Positions 28,895-40,759 of a DNA stretch of 64,000 nucleotides are shown in pieces. The notes under the pieces were generated by a model, which was not told where the DNA came from, searched no databases, and saw only the letters and a list, made by a program, of their open reading frames with translations. The position numbers were made by a program, and so were the translations under genes. The number at the start of each line of letters is the position of its first letter. The first letter of the stretch is position 1. Source of the stretch: an uncultured bacterium. GTDB taxonomy: Bacteria; Acidobacteriota; Thermoanaerobaculia; Multivoradales; JAHZIX01. The stretch lies in contig CBDUPA010000006.1 of NCBI GenBank assembly GCA_965368975.1, positions 128,001 through 192,000 on the forward strand, read 5' to 3'.

Positions 28895-29349
28895 TGTCCT
28901 CCCTCGACACCTCCGCCAAGGCGTTCAGCTGGGTTCTGGTCGTCCTGTTGCTGGCCGCTCTGGCCTGGCAGGTCCAAGACAGCCGCGACAAACTCGAAGC
29001 CAGCCGGCTGCTCTACAAGGTGGAAGGCATCAGCTACAGCATCCTCGCCACCGGACAGGCTCCGCGTCAGGCCCTGGCGCAAAACCTACGCGACCTGCGC
29101 CGCGCTGGCGAGCTGGATCCCCTGGAAGTCGGTGTGCCGCTGGCCACCGGTAGCCAGTATCTGCTCATGCAGAGTCCCAATCAGGCCGTCGAGGCGTACC
29201 GCGAAGCCCTGGAGCTGGAACCGCGGCCGGAGATCTACCTGAATCTGGGCAAGGCACTGGTCATGGCGGGGGACAGGAAAGCGGCGGACGAAGCCTTCGA
29301 CAAGGCTGTCCGCCTGGCGCCGCAATTGGCGTCGGAAGTGCCGCAGTAG
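28894..29349 (+). CDS. Membrane-anchored TPR protein
   Basis: TGATG coupling to the ligase gene; N-terminal TM; AYREALELEP..IYLNLG repeats. Confidence 0.82.
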   Translation: MSSLDTSAKAFSWVLVVLLLAALAWQVQDSRDKLEASRLLYKVEGISYSILATGQAPRQALAQNLRDLRRAGELDPLEVGVPLATGSQYLLMQSPNQAVEAYREALELEPRPEIYLNLGKALVMAGDRKAADEAFDKAVRLAPQLASEVPQ

Positions 29350-29352
29350 GCT

Positions 29353-30750
29353 TCAGACCCCCCGTGACGTCAAGACGATCTTGACCGTCCGCAGCAGGAT
29401 CGAAAGGTCCAGCCACAAGCTCCAGTTGGCCAGGTAGGCGAGGTCGTAGCGCAGCTTGTTCGGCGCCGACGAGTGGTAGTCGCCGTTGATCTGTGCCAGG
29501 CCAGTGACACCGGGTGGAACCGAGAAGCGCTCGGCGTAGCCCGGGACGTCGCGCAAGAACTGTTCGACGAAGTTGGGCCGTTCCGGTCGTGGCCCGACCA
29601 GGCTCATGTGACCGCGCAAGACCTGGAACAGCTGCGGTACTTCGTCCAGGCGGGCACGACGCAGAAAGCCACCGACGGGGGTGAGACGCGGGTCGTTGGT
29701 GGTGGCGAGAACGGCACCGGTGGCGCGTTCGGCATCCTGGTGCATGGTGCGCAGCTTCCAGACCTCGAAGGTCTGCTGCCCGACGCCGACGCGGGTCTGA
29801 CGGTAGAACACCGGACCTGGTGAGGTGAGCCGGATGAGCAGGGCGCAGACGGCGAGGATTGGCAGGCAGAGCAGCAGCAAGAGTGAGCCGAGAACGACGT
29901 CGAGCCCACGCTTGACCGGCCGGTTGATGCGCCACTCGGTCTGGCGCACGACCTCGATCAACGGCAGATCGCGCACCCAGCGATAGCGCATGCGGCCGAT
30001 CAGGCTCTCGTAGGGGCCGGGCAGTAGCAGCACGTTGCTGCGCTCTGGGCCGAGGCCGGCCAGGCCGTCGAGCAGGCGGGTCTGCCAGGAGGCGGCGCTG
30101 GGGGCGAGGATGAGGTCGTCGACCTGGCCCTCGAGCACGAGCTTGCGCACGTCGTCGATGCTGCCCAGCTGTGGACCCAAAGAACGATCCTCGGCGGGAT
30201 TCTCGATCGGGGGATCGTCGGGAGCGGGTACGTGACCGACCACTTCGAGACCGTGCCAGCCGTGCTCGTGGATGGCCCGCGCCAACTCCTGGGCTGCCGG
30301 GCCGCTACCGACGATCACCACGCGCCGCTGCCGCGGTCGGTGCAGGCGGCGCAGTAGGCCGCGCCAGGTCGAGAGCAAGGCGAGATCGAGGCCGACGAAG
30401 AGCACCAGCACGGAGCGCGGGAAGGTCCGGTTGGTGAGGAAGATGTAGCCCATCAGCACCAAGCCGAGTAGCAGCGTGCCGGCGATCAGCCGGCGCTGCA
30501 CTTCGGCACTCGGTCCAGGAGGATCGTAGAAGCCGAAGAAATAGAGCATCGCGACCTGTCCGAGGGTGACCACCCACCATTCATCGAAGAAGAACGAGAT
30601 GCGATCGGCGGGCAGCAGGTCGAGGGTGAAGGGCAGGTGCAGATGGATGCGTAGCCAGAAGGCGCAATAGAACGCCAGCAAGGCGACGCTGACGTCCCCG
30701 AGCGGACGCGCACCCTGCCAGAGACCTTGGAGTGAAGTCCAGCCACGCAT
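29353..30750 (-). CDS. Priming polyprenyl glycosylphosphotransferase (WcaJ/WbaP family)
   Basis: KRGLD, KLRTM, DPRLT, LDEVPQL, MSLVGPRPE, PGVTGLAQ. Confidence 0.95.
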   Translation of the reverse strand: MRGWTSLQGLWQGARPLGDVSVALLAFYCAFWLRIHLHLPFTLDLLPADRISFFFDEWWVVTLGQVAMLYFFGFYDPPGPSAEVQRRLIAGTLLLGLVLMGYIFLTNRTFPRSVLVLFVGLDLALLSTWRGLLRRLHRPRQRRVVIVGSGPAAQELARAIHEHGWHGLEVVGHVPAPDDPPIENPAEDRSLGPQLGSIDDVRKLVLEGQVDDLILAPSAASWQTRLLDGLAGLGPERSNVLLLPGPYESLIGRMRYRWVRDLPLIEVVRQTEWRINRPVKRGLDVVLGSLLLLLCLPILAVCALLIRLTSPGPVFYRQTRVGVGQQTFEVWKLRTMHQDAERATGAVLATTNDPRLTPVGGFLRRARLDEVPQLFQVLRGHMSLVGPRPERPNFVEQFLRDVPGYAERFSVPPGVTGLAQINGDYHSSAPNKLRYDLAYLANWSLWLDLSILLRTVKIVLTSRGV

Positions 30751-30802
30751 GATCAGCGGTATTGTGTCCTCTTTCGCGGGCTCGGGCTATACTCTTGCCG
30801 CC

Positions 30803-31756
30803 ATGAAGGTCATCGAGCATCTCGAAAAGGCCCGTCGACCGTTGATCAGCTTCGAGATCATCCCCCCCCTGCGCGGGGGCGATCTGCGTTCGCTGCTGCA
30901 GTTGATCGAGGATCTGAAGAAATACGATCCGCCGTTCATCGACATCACCAGCCATGCGGCCGAGGTGATCTACGAAGAGACGGCGGACGGCATCCAGCGC
31001 CGGATCAAGCGCAAGCGTCCGGGCACCCTGGGTCTGTGCGCGCTGATCCAGAACAAGTACGACATCGATGCCGTGCCGCACATCCTGTGCCGCGGGTTCA
31101 CGCGTCAGGAGACGGAAGACTTCCTGATCGAGTTGCGCTATCTAGGCATCGAGAACGTACTGGCCGTGCGCGGCGACGACAACGGCTACAAGAAACCACT
31201 GCAGTGGGGCCGCAAGGCCAACGACTATGCCGTCGACCTGGTGCGCCAGGTCCACGACATGAACAATGGCAAATACCTGGAAGACGCCCTGCTCGACGCG
31301 GCACCGACGGACTTCTGCATCGGCATCGGCGGCTATCCGGAGAAGCACTTCGAAGCGCCCAACCTACAGAAGGATCTGCGCCACGCCAAAGAGAAAGTGG
31401 AAGCCGGTGGTGAGTACATCGTGACCCAGATGTTCTTCGACAACCAAAGCTACTTCCGCTATGTCGAGAACTGCCGCGCTGCCGGCATCGACGTACCGAT
31501 CATCCCCGGGCTCAAGATCCTGACCAGCAAGACACACCTCACCAGCCTGCCGCGTCACTTCTACGTCGACATTCCCGAAGAGCTGGCGGAGCAGGTGGAA
31601 GCCGCCAAGGACAAGCGGGAAGTGCAGGAAGTCGGCATCCAGTGGGCGGTGAAGCAGAGCGAAGAGCTGCTGGAATACGGCGTCCCCGCCGTGCACTTCT
31701 ACGTCATGGCCCAGAGCCGTGCGGTCAATGACCTGATGAGTCGCCTCAAGCTCTGA
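30803..31756 (+). CDS. metF: 5,10-methylenetetrahydrofolate reductase
   Basis: SFEIIPP, AVRGD, GYPEKH, TQMFFD; TATACT box at 30788-30793. Confidence 0.93.
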   Translation: MKVIEHLEKARRPLISFEIIPPLRGGDLRSLLQLIEDLKKYDPPFIDITSHAAEVIYEETADGIQRRIKRKRPGTLGLCALIQNKYDIDAVPHILCRGFTRQETEDFLIELRYLGIENVLAVRGDDNGYKKPLQWGRKANDYAVDLVRQVHDMNNGKYLEDALLDAAPTDFCIGIGGYPEKHFEAPNLQKDLRHAKEKVEAGGEYIVTQMFFDNQSYFRYVENCRAAGIDVPIIPGLKILTSKTHLTSLPRHFYVDIPEELAEQVEAAKDKREVQEVGIQWAVKQSEELLEYGVPAVHFYVMAQSRAVNDLMSRLKL

Positions 31757-31812
31757 AGGTCGCCCATTCCCTCCTTTCCTACCTCGAGTTTCCCAAGCCG
31801 AAGAGAACGACG

Positions 31813-35364
<3,552 letters not shown>

Positions 35365-35376
35365 AGTTGGGGGTGC

Positions 35377-36597
35377 TTGAAATTGGGGGAGCTTGACGCG
35401 GTCAAACCCGCCAGCTTTCGGCGCGGCATCCTGCTGCCCTGCGGCATGCTGCTGATCGCGATGGTCAACCTGACGCTGATCGTCGCTGGGCTCAAAGAAC
35501 TCATCCTCGACGAACTCGGCGGCAGCACCCGCGACGCCAGTCTCTTCTTCTCGATCGAGATGGCGGCCTACCTGCTGTTCGCGCCCCTATGCGGCGTGCT
35601 CAGTGACCGTCTTGGTCGCCGCAAGCCACTGATCTTCCTCGGCTTCCTGGCCAGCGCCGTTTTCTACGCCGCCTTCACCCAGGCGGAGAGCATCGGCCTG
35701 CTGCTCGGCCTGCGTTTTGCCCAGGGCGCCTTCTCCGTCATGGCCTGGTCGACCCTGATGGCCCTGGTTCTCGATTATCCCGACGACGCCCGCCGTGGCC
35801 GCAACGCCGGCATCATGGGCGCTGCGCTCATTTTCGGTGTGTCGCTCGGTGCCCCGCTGGGTGGTGTGCTGTCGGGCCGCGTCGGCGTCTATGCCCCCCT
35901 GTGGGCCGCCGCTGCCTTGTTCCTGCTCCTCGTCGTCCTGGTGCCGCTGCTCCATGAACCCAGCGTCCAGCGCCGCAAGGAAAGCGCTCGCGCGATCTTG
36001 GACACCCTCACCAGCCGCCCCCGCCTGCTGCTGCCCTACCTCTTCTACTTCGTCGACCGCTACACCGTCGGCTTCTTCGTCGTCCTCTTCCCGCTCTACC
36101 TGGCGTCGCTGGGCACCGACGACCCCGCCGTACGCGGGCAGTACCTGGCCCTCTACCTGCTGCCCTTCGCCGCCCTCCAATACTTCACCGGCCGCCTGGC
36201 CGAACGGGTTGGCCCCTACCGGCCGCTGCTCTTCGGTTCCCTGCTCTACGGCCTGGTGCTGATGCTGGTAGGCTGGAGCGACCTCTTCGCCCTCTGGCCG
36301 GTGATGGCCCTGCTCGGTGTACTCGCTTCCGTCATGTTTCCGCCGTGCATCTTCCTCACCGCCCAACTCAGCGACGCCGGCACCCGCGGCACCGCCATGG
36401 GTGGCTTCAACTTCGCGGGCTCCCTCGGCTTTACCGTCGGTCCGCTGGTCGGGGCCTGGGCGTTCGAACTGTACGGTTTCGGTTTCGCTTTTCTCACTGC
36501 CGGCGCGCTGGAAGTCGTGGCCGCCATCGTGGGCTTTGTATTGATTCGACGCTGGGGACTCCTCGAGTCCCGTCTTTCGGAGGACAAGAATGACTGA
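35377..36597 (+). CDS. MFS transporter
   Basis: About 12 TMs; GVLSDRLGRRK motif A. Start uncertain. Confidence 0.9.
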   Translation: MKLGELDAVKPASFRRGILLPCGMLLIAMVNLTLIVAGLKELILDELGGSTRDASLFFSIEMAAYLLFAPLCGVLSDRLGRRKPLIFLGFLASAVFYAAFTQAESIGLLLGLRFAQGAFSVMAWSTLMALVLDYPDDARRGRNAGIMGAALIFGVSLGAPLGGVLSGRVGVYAPLWAAAALFLLLVVLVPLLHEPSVQRRKESARAILDTLTSRPRLLLPYLFYFVDRYTVGFFVVLFPLYLASLGTDDPAVRGQYLALYLLPFAALQYFTGRLAERVGPYRPLLFGSLLYGLVLMLVGWSDLFALWPVMALLGVLASVMFPPCIFLTAQLSDAGTRGTAMGGFNFAGSLGFTVGPLVGAWAFELYGFGFAFLTAGALEVVAAIVGFVLIRRWGLLESRLSEDKND

Positions 36598-37789
36598 TCA
36601 GGCGCCGGCGCAAGAACGGCAGAATTCCTCGAAGAAGAGCCGCTCCGCGCTCTTCGTCGTCTACTTCACCGTCTTTCTCGACCTGCTCGGTTTCGGCATC
36701 ATCCTGCCGTCCTTGCCCTACTATGCCGAGAAGCTGGGTGCCAACGGCTTCGAGCTCGGCCTGCTTTTCACCTCGTACTCCCTGGCCCAGATGTTCGGCG
36801 CCGCCATCCTCGGCCGCCTGTCCGACCGCCACGGCCGCCGTCCCATCCTGCTCCTGAGCCTCGTCGGCTCCACCATCTCCTTTGCGTTGACCGGCCTCGC
36901 AGGCACCCTGGTGACGCTGTGCCTGGCAAGAGCCCTCGCCGGCCTCTTCGGCGGCAGCATCTCCACCGCCAAGGCCTACATTGCCGACGTCACCAGCCGC
37001 GAAGAACGCGCCCGCTACATGGGCCTGCTCGGTGCTTCCATCGGCATGGGCTTCGTTCTCGGCCCGTCCTTGGGCGCTCTGCTGATCGCGCTGGGTTACG
37101 GTTTCTCGGCAGCCGCCTTCGTCGCGGCCGGCCTGGCCGCTATCAACTTCGTTTTGGCCTTGATCCGCCTCAAGGAACCGCCGCGACGCCAGGCCGACGT
37201 CTTCCAGCGCTACCTAGACGTCAACCGCTGGTTCGCCGCCCTCAAGCGCCCCCACCTGGGCCGCGTCCTCGCCGCCACCTTCTGCACCACCTTTGCCTTC
37301 GTTGGCATGGAGACGACGTTCGCGTACCTGGGAGCCGAACGTTTCGACCTCAACGAGATGCGTTTCGGCCTGATCCTGGCCTACGTCGGTGTCATCGGCA
37401 TCATCGTCCAGGGTGGGCTGATCGGTCGCTTGACGGACCGCTTCGGGGTCCGGCGCATTGCGGCGGTCGGTGGTTGGAGTCTGGGAGCCGCGCTGCTGAT
37501 GCTGCCGTGGGTACCGAGCCTCGGCGTCGCGTTTGCGGTCATGGGGCTCTTGGGCGTTGGTCAGGCGATGGTGTCACCGACGTTGTCGACACTAGTGTCG
37601 CATCTGTCGGATGAGGATCAGCAAGGGTCGACGTTGGGAGTGGGGCAGAGTTTGGCGGCGCTGGCGCGCGCGATTGGGCCGCTCGTGGCGGGAGCGCTGT
37701 ATGACGTCGGGATTATGTGGCCCTACCTGCTGGGTGGGGGGATGGCGATCATCGCGGGTGTGTTGGTGGCCGGGGTGCGGGAGGGGTGA
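36590..37789 (+). CDS. MFS transporter, DHA1/TetA-like
   Basis: LDLLGFGIILP, GRLSDRHGRRP, GFVLGP.LG. Confidence 0.9.
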   Translation: MTDQAPAQERQNSSKKSRSALFVVYFTVFLDLLGFGIILPSLPYYAEKLGANGFELGLLFTSYSLAQMFGAAILGRLSDRHGRRPILLLSLVGSTISFALTGLAGTLVTLCLARALAGLFGGSISTAKAYIADVTSREERARYMGLLGASIGMGFVLGPSLGALLIALGYGFSAAAFVAAGLAAINFVLALIRLKEPPRRQADVFQRYLDVNRWFAALKRPHLGRVLAATFCTTFAFVGMETTFAYLGAERFDLNEMRFGLILAYVGVIGIIVQGGLIGRLTDRFGVRRIAAVGGWSLGAALLMLPWVPSLGVAFAVMGLLGVGQAMVSPTLSTLVSHLSDEDQQGSTLGVGQSLAALARAIGPLVAGALYDVGIMWPYLLGGGMAIIAGVLVAGVREG

Positions 37790-37858
37790 GGATTCCTCGT
37801 CTCAATTTCTTGGCTGAAAATGTCTGTTTATTCTGCATCGTTACCCTTGGTTCAGGGA

Positions 37859-39082
37859 TCATTTCGCCTTCCTGAGTTCGTATAAGAAGTTGTCTAATCT
37901 CTGGTAGAAATATTCTAGATTTAACAACTCAATGTGGCGATTGCGCTCGACTTCGGCAATATTCTCTAAGAGGAAAGGCGTTACTATGTTACTGGCGTGT
38001 GTAATGGCGGAGCGGAATTCGAGATGGACCTCTCCGCACTCAATCGGTGGTCGTCCAATATCACTCGCTTGCTTCTCAAGAGATCCTATCTTCTTGCTCG
38101 CAGCCTTGAGGGCAGGTCCCGCATCTTCTGCGGGGTCGGCTACTTCTTTCCCAAGGGCGGCCGTGATCGCTTGCATTACTGGCAAGAGTTCTTCCAGGGT
38201 CGACTCGATGTGATCGAGGTAGTCTTCTTTGGAAATGGCATGGGAGCGATGAATACTTGCTAGTGTTGAGTAGAGTGATGACCATTCGGTCACGATGTTT
38301 GAACCAATGTTCTCACCTTCCAAAGAGGGTCTTATAAGGTCGTCAGGATACTTCTTATCAATCCACAGGCTTCGGCAGAAATGGTTACTGTTTTGCGCGT
38401 CGTCTGGAGTAAGGTAGACGTAAACAAAAATGATATTGGCTTTCTTGCCCTTCCACCTTGCTGCAGCCATCTTGTTCCGATGATATTGGCTATCTGCGTA
38501 CAGTTGAGTCACTTGCCTAATGACAGCTGCGATTTCGGGCTTTGAGAGGTTGTGATTCAAGAGGACCGTGAGGCTATAACGTTTCGACATGCCAACGCTG
38601 TTGTCTTCTTGCCTGAGAACAGTGTACTTGTTCTCTGGCACGATTCTGGTGGCCAGGTCGGCCAGGGCTCCAGTGGAGTCGAACCCCACGATCTGGTTTT
38701 TCGGGACGATAAGCTTCCAATTCCTACCCGTCCTAGTTACGGTGCTTGCTGAGAGAGCCTGCCAGTAAACTTGTTGGGTCTCGATGTTACAAAGGGTTAG
38801 GATTATGGGCAGGGAATGGTTGAGCCAGTACTGGATGTGATCGTCATCAGACCGGTAAATGAATCCGTCATCGGTCTTCTCGCTGAAGAAACTGGATCCA
38901 GACTTGATCTGCACACCAAGGATACGACCGGTTGGACGGTCGTTCTGGACGATCTCGACGTGGGCGTCGATACCGTAATCGTGGACGACCTGCTCTCGAA
39001 AAAGGAAGCCTGCTTCTTCGAAGACCAGTTGGTTGAGGGCTATACCTTGCCTGTCAGTGTGTGCGGTGGAGGTAACCTTCAT
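37859..39082 (-). CDS. DUF4365 (PD-(D/E)xK-like) domain protein with unknown C-terminal region
   Basis: FREQ..HDYGIDAHVEI...GVQIKSG...YWLNHSLP; probable ATG 39082. Confidence 0.82.
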   Translation of the reverse strand: MKVTSTAHTDRQGIALNQLVFEEAGFLFREQVVHDYGIDAHVEIVQNDRPTGRILGVQIKSGSSFFSEKTDDGFIYRSDDDHIQYWLNHSLPIILTLCNIETQQVYWQALSASTVTRTGRNWKLIVPKNQIVGFDSTGALADLATRIVPENKYTVLRQEDNSVGMSKRYSLTVLLNHNLSKPEIAAVIRQVTQLYADSQYHRNKMAAARWKGKKANIIFVYVYLTPDDAQNSNHFCRSLWIDKKYPDDLIRPSLEGENIGSNIVTEWSSLYSTLASIHRSHAISKEDYLDHIESTLEELLPVMQAITAALGKEVADPAEDAGPALKAASKKIGSLEKQASDIGRPPIECGEVHLEFRSAITHASNIVTPFLLENIAEVERNRHIELLNLEYFYQRLDNFLYELRKAK

Positions 39083-39113
39083 TATGATGACATTTGCCTC
39101 TTGTGAATCTGTC

Positions 39114-39572
39114 TTAATCGTTCGAACCTTCGATCCTTTCCTGAGACAGAAGCTGCTGGTAGGGGCCGAGCAGTCCTTCATCTCGGCACTGGTAGAAGAG
39201 CCAGCCAGGTTTATAGCCTTTTTTTATTCGAATCGCTTCTAAGGTCAAGACGCGCTCTTCAGGGGTCTGTTCCCGGAGATAGGTTTGGCCTGAACTTGAA
39301 CGGCTCATAGGTCGATTTGGGGCACCAGGAATCTCGCCTGCTAACACTAGTTCCTCGTAGGCTTCGATGAGGTTCTCCTCTTTACAACGATGCCAGAGCC
39401 ATCCTGGCTTATAGCCACGGTATTGGCGTATCTGTTCCAGCTTGAGAACTCGCTTGCGTGGGCTGAGAAGCTCAAAGTTTGGTCGCCTTAGGGACCAGCG
39501 AATGGTTTCTTCAGTAACCTTCAGGAAGAAGATCATCAAGTAGAGGAGAAGGCTAATCAATACGCCCATCAT
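39114..39572 (-). CDS. Hypothetical membrane-anchored protein with two GYKPGWL repeats
   Basis: N-terminal TM; two roughly 45-aa repeats visible in the translation. Confidence 0.75.
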   Translation of the reverse strand: MMGVLISLLLYLMIFFLKVTEETIRWSLRRPNFELLSPRKRVLKLEQIRQYRGYKPGWLWHRCKEENLIEAYEELVLAGEIPGAPNRPMSRSSSGQTYLREQTPEERVLTLEAIRIKKGYKPGWLFYQCRDEGLLGPYQQLLSQERIEGSND

Positions 39573-39719
39573 GAACTCTTTTGTTCAGGTCAGCGTGTAG
39601 CTGTGAAATGTCTCGGAATCTGCTGGATCATGCGAAACTTCCATACCATCTAGGATACCGTAGCAACGGCATTCGACGCCTGCCTCGCACGGGATTGGCT
39701 CGGAAGGAAGGATCACGCC

Positions 39720-39989
39720 ATGCACAAACTAGAAATCTCCCTGCCCGAGTCGGAAGTCAACTTCCTAGCAGCACGAGCACGCCGAGACGGGGTCAGCATT
39801 GCGGAAGTTGTGCAGCGCTTGGTGGAGCAGGAAGCGGAGGTCGAGCATGAGCAAGAACCGTCCGATGTTTTCCTAGCACTTGCGGGGATCCTGGACGATA
39901 CGCAGCCGCTGATCAACGGCGTTCCCGTCAGCGAAGACCCGGATCTCGATCTCGTTGCGCTGAAGCTTTCGACAGCAAGACTCTGCTGA
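39720..39989 (+). CDS. Putative RHH/CopG-like antitoxin (no cognate toxin downstream)
   Basis: LEISLPE...ARRDGVSIAEVVQRLVE; AAGGA RBS. Confidence 0.6.
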   Translation: MHKLEISLPESEVNFLAARARRDGVSIAEVVQRLVEQEAEVEHEQEPSDVFLALAGILDDTQPLINGVPVSEDPDLDLVALKLSTARLC

Positions 39990-40023
39990 TCATCTGATTC
40001 TACGTGTGTCGGTACCTGAACCA

Positions 40024-40380
40024 TCAAGCCGGTAGCGTCCGCTGCCGGACCCGCTCCCGATCAAGGACCGTAAATCTACCCTCTAGCGGTATATCGAGTT
40101 CCAGAAGCTCCAGGATCAGATCTGCTGGTTCTTGTGGACTTTCGGGTAGAAGGCGAATGTAGATCACGCCTGGCGGGACGGGTAAACCGAGCTTGTAGAT
40201 CAGGTGGCCATAGTCCCGGTCGAAGGTGATCAAGACCCTTGCTTCGTCAACGGCCATCTGGAGCACTTCACGATCCTGGATACCTCCCAGTCTGCCGCCT
40301 ATCGACTTGACGTCGAACCCCTGCTGCTCCAGCTTGGAGATACTGAGGGAAGGGATATTCTCGTTGGCGAGCAGGCGCAT
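40024..40380 (-). CDS. DUF5615 PIN-like toxin
   Basis: MRLLANENIP...DREVL..A..EARVLITFDRDYG. Confidence 0.88.
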   Translation of the reverse strand: MRLLANENIPSLSISKLEQQGFDVKSIGGRLGGIQDREVLQMAVDEARVLITFDRDYGHLIYKLGLPVPPGVIYIRLLPESPQEPADLILELLELDIPLEGRFTVLDRERVRQRTLPA

Positions 40381-40385
40381 CAGGA

Positions 40386-40628
40386 TCAGGCAGTGGATCG
40401 CAGCGGGAGTTCGTAGAGACTTTCCTCTTGCAGCGCGTCTGCTGCGTAGCCGAAAACAGCACTCAGAGCTTCTGCTGTCAGCCCAGGATAGTTTTGCAGC
40501 ACCTGTTCGACGGTCCAGCCGTTGGACAGCAGACCCAACAGGAACTCGACGCTCAGGCGAGTACCGCGAACGACCGGTTTACCCGCGAGGATTTCAGGAT
40601 CTGCGTGGATGTAGTCTCGCCAGTTCAT
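40386..40628 (-). CDS. DUF433 antitoxin
   Basis: DPEILAGKPVVRGTRLSV...YPGLT; consensus TATAAT at 40643-40638. Confidence 0.92.
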   Translation of the reverse strand: MNWRDYIHADPEILAGKPVVRGTRLSVEFLLGLLSNGWTVEQVLQNYPGLTAEALSAVFGYAADALQEESLYELPLRSTA

Positions 40629-40718
40629 GACAGATACATTATAGCCCTGCGCAGCGCTCGGCCATCGGATAGGCCAGGTGGGGTAGCCGCTAAGAAAGCC
40701 CCCTTTACTTTCCCGCTC

Positions 40719-40744
40719 CGCTACGAAAGGATCCTTTCATAGCG
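40719..40744. promoter_or_regulatory. 26-bp near-perfect palindrome upstream of fic (candidate operator)
   Basis: cgctacgaaaggatcctttcatagcg; one mismatched pair. Confidence 0.6.
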
Positions 40745-40759
40745 ACCGTCGAGGAAAGC

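Noticed and set aside
36590-37789. Tetracycline resistance gene
   Set aside because: DHA1 motifs are generic; no tetR or mobile context; substrate cannot be inferred.
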